Of a DNA stretch of 64,000 nt, positions 1 through 8,942 are shown one piece after another. The DNA is from Patescibacteria group bacterium (GTDB taxonomy: Bacteria; Patescibacteriota; Microgenomatia; UBA1406), in NCBI GenBank assembly GCA_041665145.1, contig JBAYJK010000001.1, positions 293,629 through 357,628 of the forward strand, in the 5' to 3' direction. The position numbers were made by a program, and so were the translations under genes. The notes below the pieces were generated by a model. That model was not told the DNA's origin and did not search any database. It saw only the letters and a program-made list of their open reading frames with translations. How positions within the stretch are numbered: the stretch's first letter is position 1; each line of letters begins with the position of its first letter.

Positions 1-199
1 CTGTTATGAGAGGCACCTCTTGTTCTGCCGCTTCGCGAATAATATCCCCGGCCAAAATTCCGAGTCCTCCCGCATAGATAGGGATAGCATCGCTTATGGC
101 GAACTCAGCACAAAAGTATACGATCGGGTGTCTTCGTATGTAATCACACGCCGGAGATGCAGTGAAATGTTTAAACCAGGATTTGTCTTCGATGTTCAC
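1..199 (-). CDS. glgP: alpha-glucan (glycogen) phosphorylase, N-terminal fragment running off the window edge
   Basis: Not in the ORF track because it is open to position 1. Minus-strand translation from GTG 199-197 reads NIEDKSWFKHFTASPACDYIRRHPIVYFCAEFAISDAIPIYAGGLGILAGDIIREAAEQEVPLIT. The IPIYAGGLGILAGD block is the hallmark N-terminal motif of GT35 phosphorylases. Confidence 0.7.
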   Translation of the reverse strand, partial: MNIEDKSWFKHFTASPACDYIRRHPIVYFCAEFAISDAIPIYAGGLGILAGDIIREAAEQEVPLIT

Positions 200-211
200 A
201 GTATAGCAGAG

Positions 212-1777
212 TTACGGAAGCGGTTGTTGTTCGTATGCCGGGTGTGGTGTAACACTCGTTGCACGTCTGCGAACTTCAAGCGCATTTTTATACAAATCCT
301 GGTATAGCAGCGCTGAGTACTTCCAGGAAAAATCATACGACATACCATTATGAACAAGCCGTTTCCACAAAGCCGGCTGTTTGTAGGTTGTGAGTGCTTC
401 AACCAGAGATGCAAAAAAATCCCACGAATCATTGTTCGTGAATGAGAATCCGTTGCCTGTTTTTTTCACCGGGTCAAAATCGACTATGATGTCGTTAAGC
501 CCTCCGACCCGATGAACTAATGGTACTGCACCATATCTGAGTGCTTCCAAGGCAACAATGCCACCCGGCTCAAAAGCGCTTGGAATGAGCATAATATCTA
601 CTCCAGAAAAAAGCTTGCGTGGCAGACGGAAATCAGATCGAAGATGCAGACCGATTTGTCTGGGATATACTTTTGCAAGCTCGATAATTTGATCTCTGTA
701 TTGTTCTTCTCCGCTGCCGAGTACTATGAGTTGGACATCCTTTCGCTGCGAAAGCAAATGGGGAAGCACTTTCAACAAAACATCCCAACCTTTCTGTTGT
801 GTTAACCGTCCCGATATGGCAAATAGAGGATTGTTCGGGTTTTCCTCCAAAAAAAATTTACGTTGCAAATCCAATTTGTTATCCCGCCGCCGCGTTGAGA
901 AGTTCAGTAAGGAGTATCTATTCTTAATAATCGGATCTGTCTGGGGGTTGAATTCTTTGGTGTCCAGACCATTCAGAATACCATCGAGCTTACCACTGAC
1001 GTTTTGCAGAACCTCTTCAAGGCCCGCGCCATATTGAGGAGTTTGTGCTTCAATCGCATATGTTTTACTCACTGTATTGACCGCGTCAGCATAGAGTATC
1101 CCTCTGAGCATTGCGTTTTGCATCTGCAATTCGGGTGATAAAAGTGAAGCGAGTGGAATGGTCCCGTTATCGTGCTCCTTGTGATTTCCATACTGAAAAT
1201 CATAGTTGCCCTGGTAAAGGAAATTGTGTATGGTAAAAATAATAGGTATTTTTGAAAGCAGATCTTTGTAACGTTTTGATTGGCGGGCCAATTCTATAAA
1301 ATAACCCGTGTGCCAATCATTACAGTGAATAACATCGGGCATCCATCCGCGCGGGTCTTTTCGTGCAAGAAAAGCTTCCATGTACATAAGCCATTCGAGA
1401 CATCCTTTTGAAAGAAGTGCGAACCGGACATGGTCATCTTTATATCCGTACAGATTGGCACGGAGTTCGTAATACTCCTTATTTTCAAGAAAGTATGTGT
1501 TCAGCGTCAGTGAGGTTTTTGGATAAACTTTAACATTACAGAGCAAAGTTCCCGGCGATGCTTCGATTTTTGATTTTGAATGGACATTCTCGATCGGCAC
1601 GACAAGATTCTCTATTTCTTTTTTGAGTTTCCATTTTCTGTTTCGTTTATTCTCCAAACTATCGATAGAGGCATATTTTGGCATAAAAACACGCACATCA
1701 TGTCCTTGTTTATTGAGTGCCCTGGGAAGGAAGTACATAACCTGGGAAAGACCTCCGACAGTAACAAACGGTGCCAC
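212..1777 (-). CDS. glgA: glycogen/starch synthase (GT5)
   Basis: ORF track 521 aa with a GTG start. It has the N-terminal (E)VAPFVTVGGL motif and the C-terminal PSAFEPGGIVALEALRYGAVPLV block typical of GlgA. Conserved N-terminal residues continue upstream to an ATC at 1804 (see findings). Confidence 0.85.
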   Translation of the reverse strand: MAPFVTVGGLSQVMYFLPRALNKQGHDVRVFMPKYASIDSLENKRNRKWKLKKEIENLVVPIENVHSKSKIEASPGTLLCNVKVYPKTSLTLNTYFLENKEYYELRANLYGYKDDHVRFALLSKGCLEWLMYMEAFLARKDPRGWMPDVIHCNDWHTGYFIELARQSKRYKDLLSKIPIIFTIHNFLYQGNYDFQYGNHKEHDNGTIPLASLLSPELQMQNAMLRGILYADAVNTVSKTYAIEAQTPQYGAGLEEVLQNVSGKLDGILNGLDTKEFNPQTDPIIKNRYSLLNFSTRRRDNKLDLQRKFFLEENPNNPLFAISGRLTQQKGWDVLLKVLPHLLSQRKDVQLIVLGSGEEQYRDQIIELAKVYPRQIGLHLRSDFRLPRKLFSGVDIMLIPSAFEPGGIVALEALRYGAVPLVHRVGGLNDIIVDFDPVKKTGNGFSFTNNDSWDFFASLVEALTTYKQPALWKRLVHNGMSYDFSWKYSALLYQDLYKNALEVRRRATSVTPHPAYEQQPLP

Positions 1778-1840
1778 TTCTGCAGATAAGAATAGTACTT
1801 TGATACGTTCATTGTACCATGAAGAGTATACTTAGGTCAC

Positions 1841-2974
1841 ATGAGATATTGGTCAATTACCTTACATTTCTACCAACCGCCGACACAAAGTGCAGAAATC
1901 ACACAACAAGTTCTTGAATCGTGTTACCTGCCGTTATTGAAAATGCTTCTTGGAAAACAAGGCTATGGACTTACATTGAATTTAAGCGGTAGTCTATTGT
2001 TTCAGCTCCGAAGGTTGAATGCAAACCGTTTCTTTGAAATGGTTAAACAGCTCGTTAGTGAAGGGAAAGTCGAACTTACAACAAGCGCCTTGTATCATCC
2101 ATTAATGACTATTACCCCGGTTGATGTGCTCAAGCGACAAATCAAAAAAAACAGCGAAATGCTCGAAGAAATATTTGAGGTGAAATCCACGGTTGGTTTT
2201 TTTCCACCGGAGCTCGCTGTCAATAAGTCAAGTCTTGAATTAATGCCCGTCAAATATGTTTTTGTTGATGAAAGCGCTTTGACATCATCTGTAAAAGGCC
2301 ATTCGATAGCGCGCTACAATGATAAGTTGTTGCTTATAAATAGTCATGATGTCTGTGCAATTTTCCGAGCATATCCCACAATCCTGAAAGCGTCGGTTGT
2401 GCTAGACGTAGTAAAGAATAATTGTGGTGAGGGCGAATTGCTTGTGTCCGTGAACGATGCCGAACTATTCGGGCATCACTATTCAGAGCGGCTGCAAGTA
2501 TTGTCGGATTTGTTGGACAGCAAAGAAGTGCAGCTCATAACTGCGTCGGCAGCTGTTTCCCGGTTTGGTAGTTCTGCCGATATTGTAAACAACATCAGGC
2601 CTTCAACATGGCAAGAAGGAAAGAGATTTGAATTGTGGAGTAAAAACAAACTACAAAAAAAGTATCTGGCAATGTTGCAGGCGGTTCATGATTTTATTGC
2701 AGGAAGCACTAATGCGACAGCGCAAGATTACCTTGATCAAGCCTATTCTTCGTGTTATCTGTATTGGTTGTCCAATTGGCCATGGTGGCACCCCGGTTTA
2801 GTTGAAAAAGGGGTGCAAAATCTTGTGCGATCAATAGCGATTGCCGAAGGTGAAGATAGGAAAAAAATTGCAATTGAAGAACTCTGTCGAAGTTTTTCAA
2901 ATGAGATGTGGGAGTTCCATGAGTCGGGAAAAGTAGAAAAAAATTACAGAAGATTCGAAAAAGAACGTAACTAG
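1841..2974 (+). CDS. GH57-family-like alpha-glucan-active glycoside hydrolase
   Basis: LHFYQPPTQ near the N-terminus and a NDAELFGHHY block resemble GH57 signature regions. The gene is divergent from glgA, giving a glycogen-metabolism context. Confidence 0.55.
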   Translation: MRYWSITLHFYQPPTQSAEITQQVLESCYLPLLKMLLGKQGYGLTLNLSGSLLFQLRRLNANRFFEMVKQLVSEGKVELTTSALYHPLMTITPVDVLKRQIKKNSEMLEEIFEVKSTVGFFPPELAVNKSSLELMPVKYVFVDESALTSSVKGHSIARYNDKLLLINSHDVCAIFRAYPTILKASVVLDVVKNNCGEGELLVSVNDAELFGHHYSERLQVLSDLLDSKEVQLITASAAVSRFGSSADIVNNIRPSTWQEGKRFELWSKNKLQKKYLAMLQAVHDFIAGSTNATAQDYLDQAYSSCYLYWLSNWPWWHPGLVEKGVQNLVRSIAIAEGEDRKKIAIEELCRSFSNEMWEFHESGKVEKNYRRFEKERN

Positions 2975-2977
2975 TTA

Positions 2978-4501
2978 TTATTTCGACTCGGTGAGCACTA
3001 CCTGGGGGTAGATCTTCTTGGTAAGTTCTTCTACTTCGTTTTTCATAAGCGGAAACAATGTCGCTTCTCGTGCGGTCACGTCTTCCAGAAACCAAAAAAG
3101 ACGTTCACTATGTGCATAGCCTGAAGTCGGTGGCATACCGTACTCGAGCATTTCAACGTAATCTATATCAAGCATCTGTGCTTCATCATCTCCTGCATCC
3201 CTCTGTTTCTGCTGGTCAAGGAATCGCTCAAGCTGGTCCTGAGGATCATTTAACTCGGAGTACCCGTTGCCCAGTTCTGATCCGGCAATTATGACATGGA
3301 ATCGTTCAGTCAATTCCGGTTTATCGGGTTTGGACTTGGCAAGCGGGGACATGAACTTTGGTTCATTGATTAAAAATGCCGGTCCTGCGATGGTCTTTCT
3401 GATGAGCTTCCACAAATTGTCGATCAGGCGGTTGCGGTTGATGGCGCCGGTCAGGACAACTTTTTCTCTCTTTAATATCGCAAGCATTTCCTCATCAGAG
3501 GTTGTAAAAATATCCACGCCAAAACGGTCTGTAATACATTGCCCGTAATCTATTTCTTTCCAATCGTCCGCAAGATCGAATGTATGGCCATGAGACTCAA
3601 ATTTAGTTTTCCCATACACTTCTTGTGCCGTGTGCCGGATTATGTCGCGTACGTATAGCATATTTTCCCGATAACTGACGTATGCCCAGTACCATTCGAG
3701 CTGATAGTACTCTTGTAAATGCTCTTCGCTTGTTCCTTCGTTTCTGAAATTCGGTGCCAACGTAAATACTTTTTCAAACCCTCCGCCGATAAGTCTTTTC
3801 TGATAGAGTTCCGTAGAGATCCTCATGTAGAAATCCTGATCAAGGTCGTTGTGGTGGGTAACGAATGGGCGGGCATCTGCTCCTCCCGTAACATGTTCAA
3901 GCACGGGAGTTTCGACTTCGACAAAGCCGTGTTTGCGCATGAATTCCCGGGAAACCTGCCAGAATTTAGCCTTCCTGAAAAATAATTCCTTACGTTCAGG
4001 ATTTGTTATAAGGTCTAAATATCTTCGTCTGAACTGCAATTCTTTTTCATTCAGTTGATTGGGAAGCGGGCGCAGACTTTTAGTCAGTAATCTGAGATGG
4101 GTAACTTGCAAAGAAACCTCACCCCGAACTGTTTTAATAACGGTTCCATGTGCTTCTACAAAATCACCTACGTCAAAGAGTGACAAATGATCCCATCCAA
4201 GATACGAATTTTCAAGCTCCTCAATAAGGGTATCTTGCTTAAGGAACAATTGAATTTTCCCGGATTGGTCCACAAGGTCCGCAAATGCCAGTTTACCGTG
4301 TTCCCGCATTGACATAAGACGTCCGGTAAGATGTACTTTTTTATTTTCAAAATCACCGAAATTGTCCGTGACGTGAGTGTTTGCAAAGTCTTTCTGGGCA
4401 GTGGATGGATATGGATTTATGCCCAGATCACGCAGTGCTTTTAGTTTTTCTATTCTTTTAGCACGCTGACCGACAAAGTCATCAGCAAGTTGAGTGTTCA
4501 T
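2978..4501 (-). CDS. lysS: lysyl-tRNA synthetase, class II
   Basis: 507 aa with an OB-fold anticodon-binding N-domain and a class II core (FVEVETPVL, NFRNEG, GLGIDRL-like C-terminal region). Full-length ORF. Confidence 0.9.
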   Translation of the reverse strand: MNTQLADDFVGQRAKRIEKLKALRDLGINPYPSTAQKDFANTHVTDNFGDFENKKVHLTGRLMSMREHGKLAFADLVDQSGKIQLFLKQDTLIEELENSYLGWDHLSLFDVGDFVEAHGTVIKTVRGEVSLQVTHLRLLTKSLRPLPNQLNEKELQFRRRYLDLITNPERKELFFRKAKFWQVSREFMRKHGFVEVETPVLEHVTGGADARPFVTHHNDLDQDFYMRISTELYQKRLIGGGFEKVFTLAPNFRNEGTSEEHLQEYYQLEWYWAYVSYRENMLYVRDIIRHTAQEVYGKTKFESHGHTFDLADDWKEIDYGQCITDRFGVDIFTTSDEEMLAILKREKVVLTGAINRNRLIDNLWKLIRKTIAGPAFLINEPKFMSPLAKSKPDKPELTERFHVIIAGSELGNGYSELNDPQDQLERFLDQQKQRDAGDDEAQMLDIDYVEMLEYGMPPTSGYAHSERLFWFLEDVTAREATLFPLMKNEVEELTKKIYPQVVLTESK

Positions 4502-4502
4502 A

Positions 4503-4964
4503 TTATTTGACCGTTAAAATAGTATATGTTTTCTCGCCATTAGGCGTATGTAGAGTAATTGTAGCACCTTTTTTCTTACCTAAAAGCTTCTGTGCAAGCG
4601 GAGATTTGTGGGTTATCTTTCCTGCTTTAATGTCGCCCTCGGCTTCTCCGACAATTTCATAACTCATTGTTTTGCCCTCGAGATCGAGTGTTACTTTACT
4701 GCCGATTTGCACGTCATCCGAATTGCTTTTTTCAACCACCGTGCTGTTTCTCAAGGTTAATTCGAGTGTAACAATTCTGCGATCAGTGTTTGAGAGATTT
4801 TCACGGGCCGCATGATAGGCTGCATTTTCCCGTAAATCACCCTGCGAACGGGCGCGTTGCAAGTCTTCAAGAATCTTCGGACGATTCATCCGCAAATCGG
4901 CCATTTCTTTTTCAAGTTTTTCTTTTCCTTCTTTTGTAAGCAGTATATCTCCTCGTTTTTTCAT
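4503..4964 (-). CDS. greA: transcription elongation factor GreA
   Basis: The internal ATG at 4964 gives 153 aa starting MKKRGDILLTKEGKEKLEKE..., with the coiled-coil and C-terminal globular domain pattern of GreA. The longer ORF-track form (to 5123) would run through the tRNA gene. TGGTATATT lies 7 nt upstream of this ATG. Confidence 0.85.
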   Translation of the reverse strand: MKKRGDILLTKEGKEKLEKEMADLRMNRPKILEDLQRARSQGDLRENAAYHAARENLSNTDRRIVTLELTLRNSTVVEKSNSDDVQIGSKVTLDLEGKTMSYEIVGEAEGDIKAGKITHKSPLAQKLLGKKKGATITLHTPNGEKTYTILTVK

Positions 4965-5084
4965 TTGGTACAATATACCATATATTTGTGAGAAAATCGT
5001 GCCGATGCACAGTTCAAACTGTCTATTCGGTGCATCGCGCATCCTCGATGCTGAGTTTGTCGAGCATCGGGATCCATATCGCTT

Positions 5085-5157
5085 GCTCTTATCGTCTAGA
5101 GGCCTAGGACACCAGGTTCTCAACCTGGGAACACGGGTTCGAATCCCGTTGAGAGCA
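5085..5157 (+). tRNA. tRNA-Glu (anticodon CTC)
   Basis: The sequence is GCTCTTATCGTCTAGAGGCCTAGGACACCAGGTTCTCAACCTGGGAACACGGGTTCGAATCCCGTTGAGAGCA. The acceptor stem is GCTCTTA/TGAGAGC with one G-T pair. The anticodon arm is CCAGG-TTCTCAA-CCTGG and the T arm is ACGGG-TTCGAAT-CCCGT. CCA is not encoded. Confidence 0.9.
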
Positions 5158-5159
5158 CA

Positions 5160-6512
5160 CTAGAATAGCGTTCCGCTGGAGAAGGTCCAGTTTGATACGT
5201 GAAGGGATGGCACTCGGCTGATGCCAATCTCCGATTCGAAACTAGAAAGGGGAGTCAGTTTGTTTTCAACATCGATTACATTCGTAAACATCTCAGGAAC
5301 GCTCTGGTTATAGCGTAAGTTTTTCACGCCCCCGGTTATCTCTCCATTTTCTATTAGGAACGTACCGTCCCGCGTCATACCGGTTAACGAAAGGGAACGT
5401 GGGTTAAGTACCCTGACATACCACAAGCGAGTTACCAGGATTCCCTTTTTAGTGTTCTTGATCATTTCCTCTTTGCTCTTTTCTCCGGGTTCTAGATAAA
5501 GGTGTAAAGGAATCGGTCCGGATGTATTCGGGGCAGGCAAGGCGTGTCCGGTGTTTTCCGCCTTATACCGATCGGCGTGATACGAGTCATATAGCAGATT
5601 TTCAAATACACCTTTCTTAATAATCTCCACTTTCCGTTTCGGATACCCTTCGAAATCAAATGGAATAGGAAATGCTTCAGGGTGAAGCGCATCATCAACT
5701 ATAGAAATTTTTTCACTAAATACTTTTTTTCCTAATTTGCCTGACAAACAGCTGGCCTGTTCGTGATACATACGTGCGTTTGGACCGTAAAAGGCAAAGA
5801 ACGTAAGCATTTCGCTGACTGCCTGCGGTTCCAAAATTACTTCCCACTCGCCGGGCTCCACATCTCTCGGATTTTTTCCTAATAGTACTTTTTCAATTGC
5901 CGTTGTAGCGACGGTTTCTGCATCCAAGTCTTTTGTCCTTCGTGCAACTTGTGCACCAAAACCTGTTGACGTATCTCCCATAAGAATAGTAGATAAATCT
6001 GCACTTGATCCGGAGTGGCATGCCCATACACCCAGAGAATTAGCAATGGCTATCATGGATGACGAACTGCTGAGTGATCCTGAGGCAATTATTTTAGCAT
6101 CGCGTGACTTTTTGATAATCGTCATAACCGCAATAGCCCGCTCTTCCGGTGTATCGTGGAACACCTCCTGTTCAACTGCGGCAGTTGCCATGGGGCCTGG
6201 TAACGACTCAAAGTAGGGATCAGGTTCCTGGAGCGTCGCAAGCATTATCGCGTCTTCGACAACTTTCTTCAGTGCTACATCCGAGAAGCTGTTTGTACCC
6301 GAGACGCCGATCCGTTTCTGTCCTGCTTTATTTCCCACAACTACACGAACAGATATCCCAACATCTTCCCATGCCACATTTTGATGTATCTGGGAATTTG
6401 CAAATCGCGTCAAACCGTTTTCGGAAACGGAAAGTATGACCTCTGTTTGATCAGCTTTCGAAAGGGACAGAACCTTCTGTGCGACTTGCTTTAGTTTTTT
6501 TTCGGTCACCAT
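5160..6512 (-). CDS. pmbA: PmbA/TldE-family metalloprotease subunit
   Basis: TldD/PmbA-family sequence throughout. The start is trimmed to ATG 6512 (MVTEKKLKQVAQKV...), which overlaps the tldD stop as ATGGTGA. Confidence 0.8.
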   Translation of the reverse strand: MVTEKKLKQVAQKVLSLSKADQTEVILSVSENGLTRFANSQIHQNVAWEDVGISVRVVVGNKAGQKRIGVSGTNSFSDVALKKVVEDAIMLATLQEPDPYFESLPGPMATAAVEQEVFHDTPEERAIAVMTIIKKSRDAKIIASGSLSSSSSMIAIANSLGVWACHSGSSADLSTILMGDTSTGFGAQVARRTKDLDAETVATTAIEKVLLGKNPRDVEPGEWEVILEPQAVSEMLTFFAFYGPNARMYHEQASCLSGKLGKKVFSEKISIVDDALHPEAFPIPFDFEGYPKRKVEIIKKGVFENLLYDSYHADRYKAENTGHALPAPNTSGPIPLHLYLEPGEKSKEEMIKNTKKGILVTRLWYVRVLNPRSLSLTGMTRDGTFLIENGEITGGVKNLRYNQSVPEMFTNVIDVENKLTPLSSFESEIGISRVPSLHVSNWTFSSGTLF

Positions 6513-7993
6513 TTTTTTACGACACCAATTTGTATATCTTTGAAACGTGCAGGGGACGCACCATGTCCGGTGTACATTACCTGAGACGGTTGTCCTTTTC
6601 CACAATTCGGGGTTCCCCATACGACCCATTCTTTTTTCCCGGCTATCGCATTACAGCTGTTCCAGAATTGGGGAGTCATGCCCTGGTAGGTGGGATTTTT
6701 AACCATCCGTATTTTCTTACCGTCTTTTATTTCCCATCCGACTTCCGTGCCAAACTGGAAGTTCAAGCGCCTGTCGTCGATACTCCATGAGCGGTTGGTG
6801 GACATAAATACACCCTTTTTCGTGTCTGCAATCATGTCATTCAAGGTCCATGCTTTTCCGTTATGAGCATCTTCCTCACCAGGGAGTAAATTGACATTGG
6901 TCATGCGAATAAGCGGAATTCTGTCCCACGACGACGCACGCATGGTTCCGTTACTGGGAGAATTGTATGACGGGATGAGTTGGTGCAGTTTATGTGCGGA
7001 TTGTCGTGAAGTAAGGTAATCTACAAAAACACCTTTCTTTACAAGGTACGTTTCTTGTGCAGGAACCCCCTCATCATCATAAGCGAATGTACCCAAGCCT
7101 CCGGGAATCGTCGCATCTGCAGTAAGATTGACTATAGGTGATCCGTATTGAAATGTTCCCAGTTTTTCAGGAGTCAGAAAACTGGTTCCGGCGTAAGACG
7201 CTTCATCACCCAACACTCTATCGAGTTCTGTCGCGTGTCCGCAACTCTCGTGTATTTGTAATGCGAGTTGGTTACTGTCCAAAATCAAATCGTATGTTCC
7301 TGTTGGACACAACGGAGCAGTCAAGAGCTGCACAGCCTCTTCACCAACACGCGCAGCGTTCCCGACAAGATCCGATTCCACTACCGATTCATATCCACGG
7401 GTCATGTTTTGTCCCCTGAAGGAATTGGGGTACGTTCTGTTTTGGAAATCTTTTCCGTCACTTGCTGATGCCTCAATACCTGCTCCTGTCCATGTTATTT
7501 CTTGATCGATAATCGATCCGTTGGTAGACGCGAACCATTTTCTTTCCCGATGGGCATCAAATGATGCCTGAGATATTACGATGTTTTTATGTACTCGCTG
7601 TGCCTTGTCGGCTTCCAGCAATAATTTTATTTTATCTTCGAACGGGACAGTAAACGGGTCTTGTTTGACCGGAGTTTTATATGAAGCAACGATTTTCTTT
7701 TGTTCAGAAAGCACGATGTCTTCAAATTTATTCTGTGCCGATGAAAGTGATATTTGAAGTGCAAGCGCTATGGTTTTATCAACTGCCTGCGTGCTGAAGT
7801 CATTCGACGCGGCAAACCCCCATGCTCCGTCTTTCAAAACCCGAATCCCGTAACCGAGTGTTGATCCTGTTGCGAGGGCTTCCACAATACCGTCTTTTGT
7901 CGCAATAGATTGGGTGTCTATTTGCACAATTCGGATATCTGCGTAGTCAACGGAGGGAATTTTTGAGAGAATATCGAGGAGTATTTTCTTCAT
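6506..7993 (-). CDS. tldD: TldD-family metalloprotease
   Basis: 495 aa with the HESCGHATELD (HExxxH-type) metal-binding motif characteristic of TldD. It sits directly upstream of pmbA. Confidence 0.85.
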   Translation of the reverse strand: MKKILLDILSKIPSVDYADIRIVQIDTQSIATKDGIVEALATGSTLGYGIRVLKDGAWGFAASNDFSTQAVDKTIALALQISLSSAQNKFEDIVLSEQKKIVASYKTPVKQDPFTVPFEDKIKLLLEADKAQRVHKNIVISQASFDAHRERKWFASTNGSIIDQEITWTGAGIEASASDGKDFQNRTYPNSFRGQNMTRGYESVVESDLVGNAARVGEEAVQLLTAPLCPTGTYDLILDSNQLALQIHESCGHATELDRVLGDEASYAGTSFLTPEKLGTFQYGSPIVNLTADATIPGGLGTFAYDDEGVPAQETYLVKKGVFVDYLTSRQSAHKLHQLIPSYNSPSNGTMRASSWDRIPLIRMTNVNLLPGEEDAHNGKAWTLNDMIADTKKGVFMSTNRSWSIDDRRLNFQFGTEVGWEIKDGKKIRMVKNPTYQGMTPQFWNSCNAIAGKKEWVVWGTPNCGKGQPSQVMYTGHGASPARFKDIQIGVVKKW

Positions 7994-8070
7994 AGAACCT
8001 CACTATAACATATTGAGTTGAGAAAGACAAAAATTGAATTTATACTATTAAAAAGATACGCGGACACCAC

Positions 8071-8916
8071 ATGAACGAACTTAAAGCAAAAACTCAAGAG
8101 TTACTTAAAAAATATCGTATCACCCCAGATCCCGTACACTTCGGTCAGCATTTTTTGGTGGAACCGGGAACTATTGATGTGTTCGTGAAAACGTGCAGCG
8201 TTACCAAGGAAAGTAGGGTTCTGGAAATCGGTCCCGGACTTGGTTTTATAACAAAAGGATTGTTGAGAAAAGCGGAGTCCGTGACAGTCTTCGAAGTTGA
8301 TATGAGGTTTGAGAAGCTTTTACGTGACATTCAGAAAGAGTTTAAAACATTACATGTCTCGATTTCCAATATTCTGCAAAACGATGACTTTAATTACGAT
8401 GTTGTATGTGGGGCGCTTTCATACAGTATTTTTGAGCCGTTGCTACGGAAAATATTTGCCAATGAGGACTTCAGGTACGGAGTGTTTATCGTGAGTGAAA
8501 AGATTGAAAAGGACTATGAGGAACACGATTCCGTATTGGCGCTTTTGATCGAGGCGTTTTTCGAAATTTCATTTGTTAAACTTTTGCCGAAGCAATTTTT
8601 CTATCCGGTTCCACGAGCCGACGGAATGCTTATTGCGTTGAAACGCAGAAATGCAGTTAGTGCTCGCCACTTATTTCTGCAACAGCTTTTCTTACAGGGA
8701 GATAAAAAAGCGAAGAACGCACTGCGCGAAGGACTTATTAACAGCTCGGTGAATCAAGCCCATGTGCTTACTAAAAAAGAGTCCCGAGCGCTTCTCGGAG
8801 AACTTACCAATCTGCGGGACAGCAACGAATCGATTTTCCAATGTTCAAAAGAATTCCTCAAAAAAATATATGATTTCTTTCAATCGTACGGCTTTGACGG
8901 GGCAACTTTACCGTAA
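8071..8916 (+). CDS. rsmA: 16S rRNA (adenine-N6,N6)-dimethyltransferase RsmA/KsgA-like
   Basis: FGQHFLVEPG motif followed by the SAM-binding VLEIGPGLGFITKGLL block, as in the RsmA/Erm family. Confidence 0.75.
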   Translation: MNELKAKTQELLKKYRITPDPVHFGQHFLVEPGTIDVFVKTCSVTKESRVLEIGPGLGFITKGLLRKAESVTVFEVDMRFEKLLRDIQKEFKTLHVSISNILQNDDFNYDVVCGALSYSIFEPLLRKIFANEDFRYGVFIVSEKIEKDYEEHDSVLALLIEAFFEISFVKLLPKQFFYPVPRADGMLIALKRRNAVSARHLFLQQLFLQGDKKAKNALREGLINSSVNQAHVLTKKESRALLGELTNLRDSNESIFQCSKEFLKKIYDFFQSYGFDGATLP

Positions 8917-8942
8917 CTCGTAAATGCTGTATACTTTCACTT

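Noticed and set aside
20-432. ORFs 20..307 (+) and 196..432 (-)
   Set aside because: They overlap the clearly homologous glgP fragment (minus strand, 1..199) and the 3' end of glgA. They have no recognisable features.
4503-6629. Long forms of the greA (to 5123) and pmbA (to 6629) ORFs
   Set aside because: The greA extension would run antisense through the tRNA-Glu gene and adds non-GreA sequence. The pmbA extension overlaps 120 nt of tldD. Internal ATGs at 4964 and 6512 give canonical N-termini, and the 6512 start gives a compact ATGGTGA overlap with the tldD stop.
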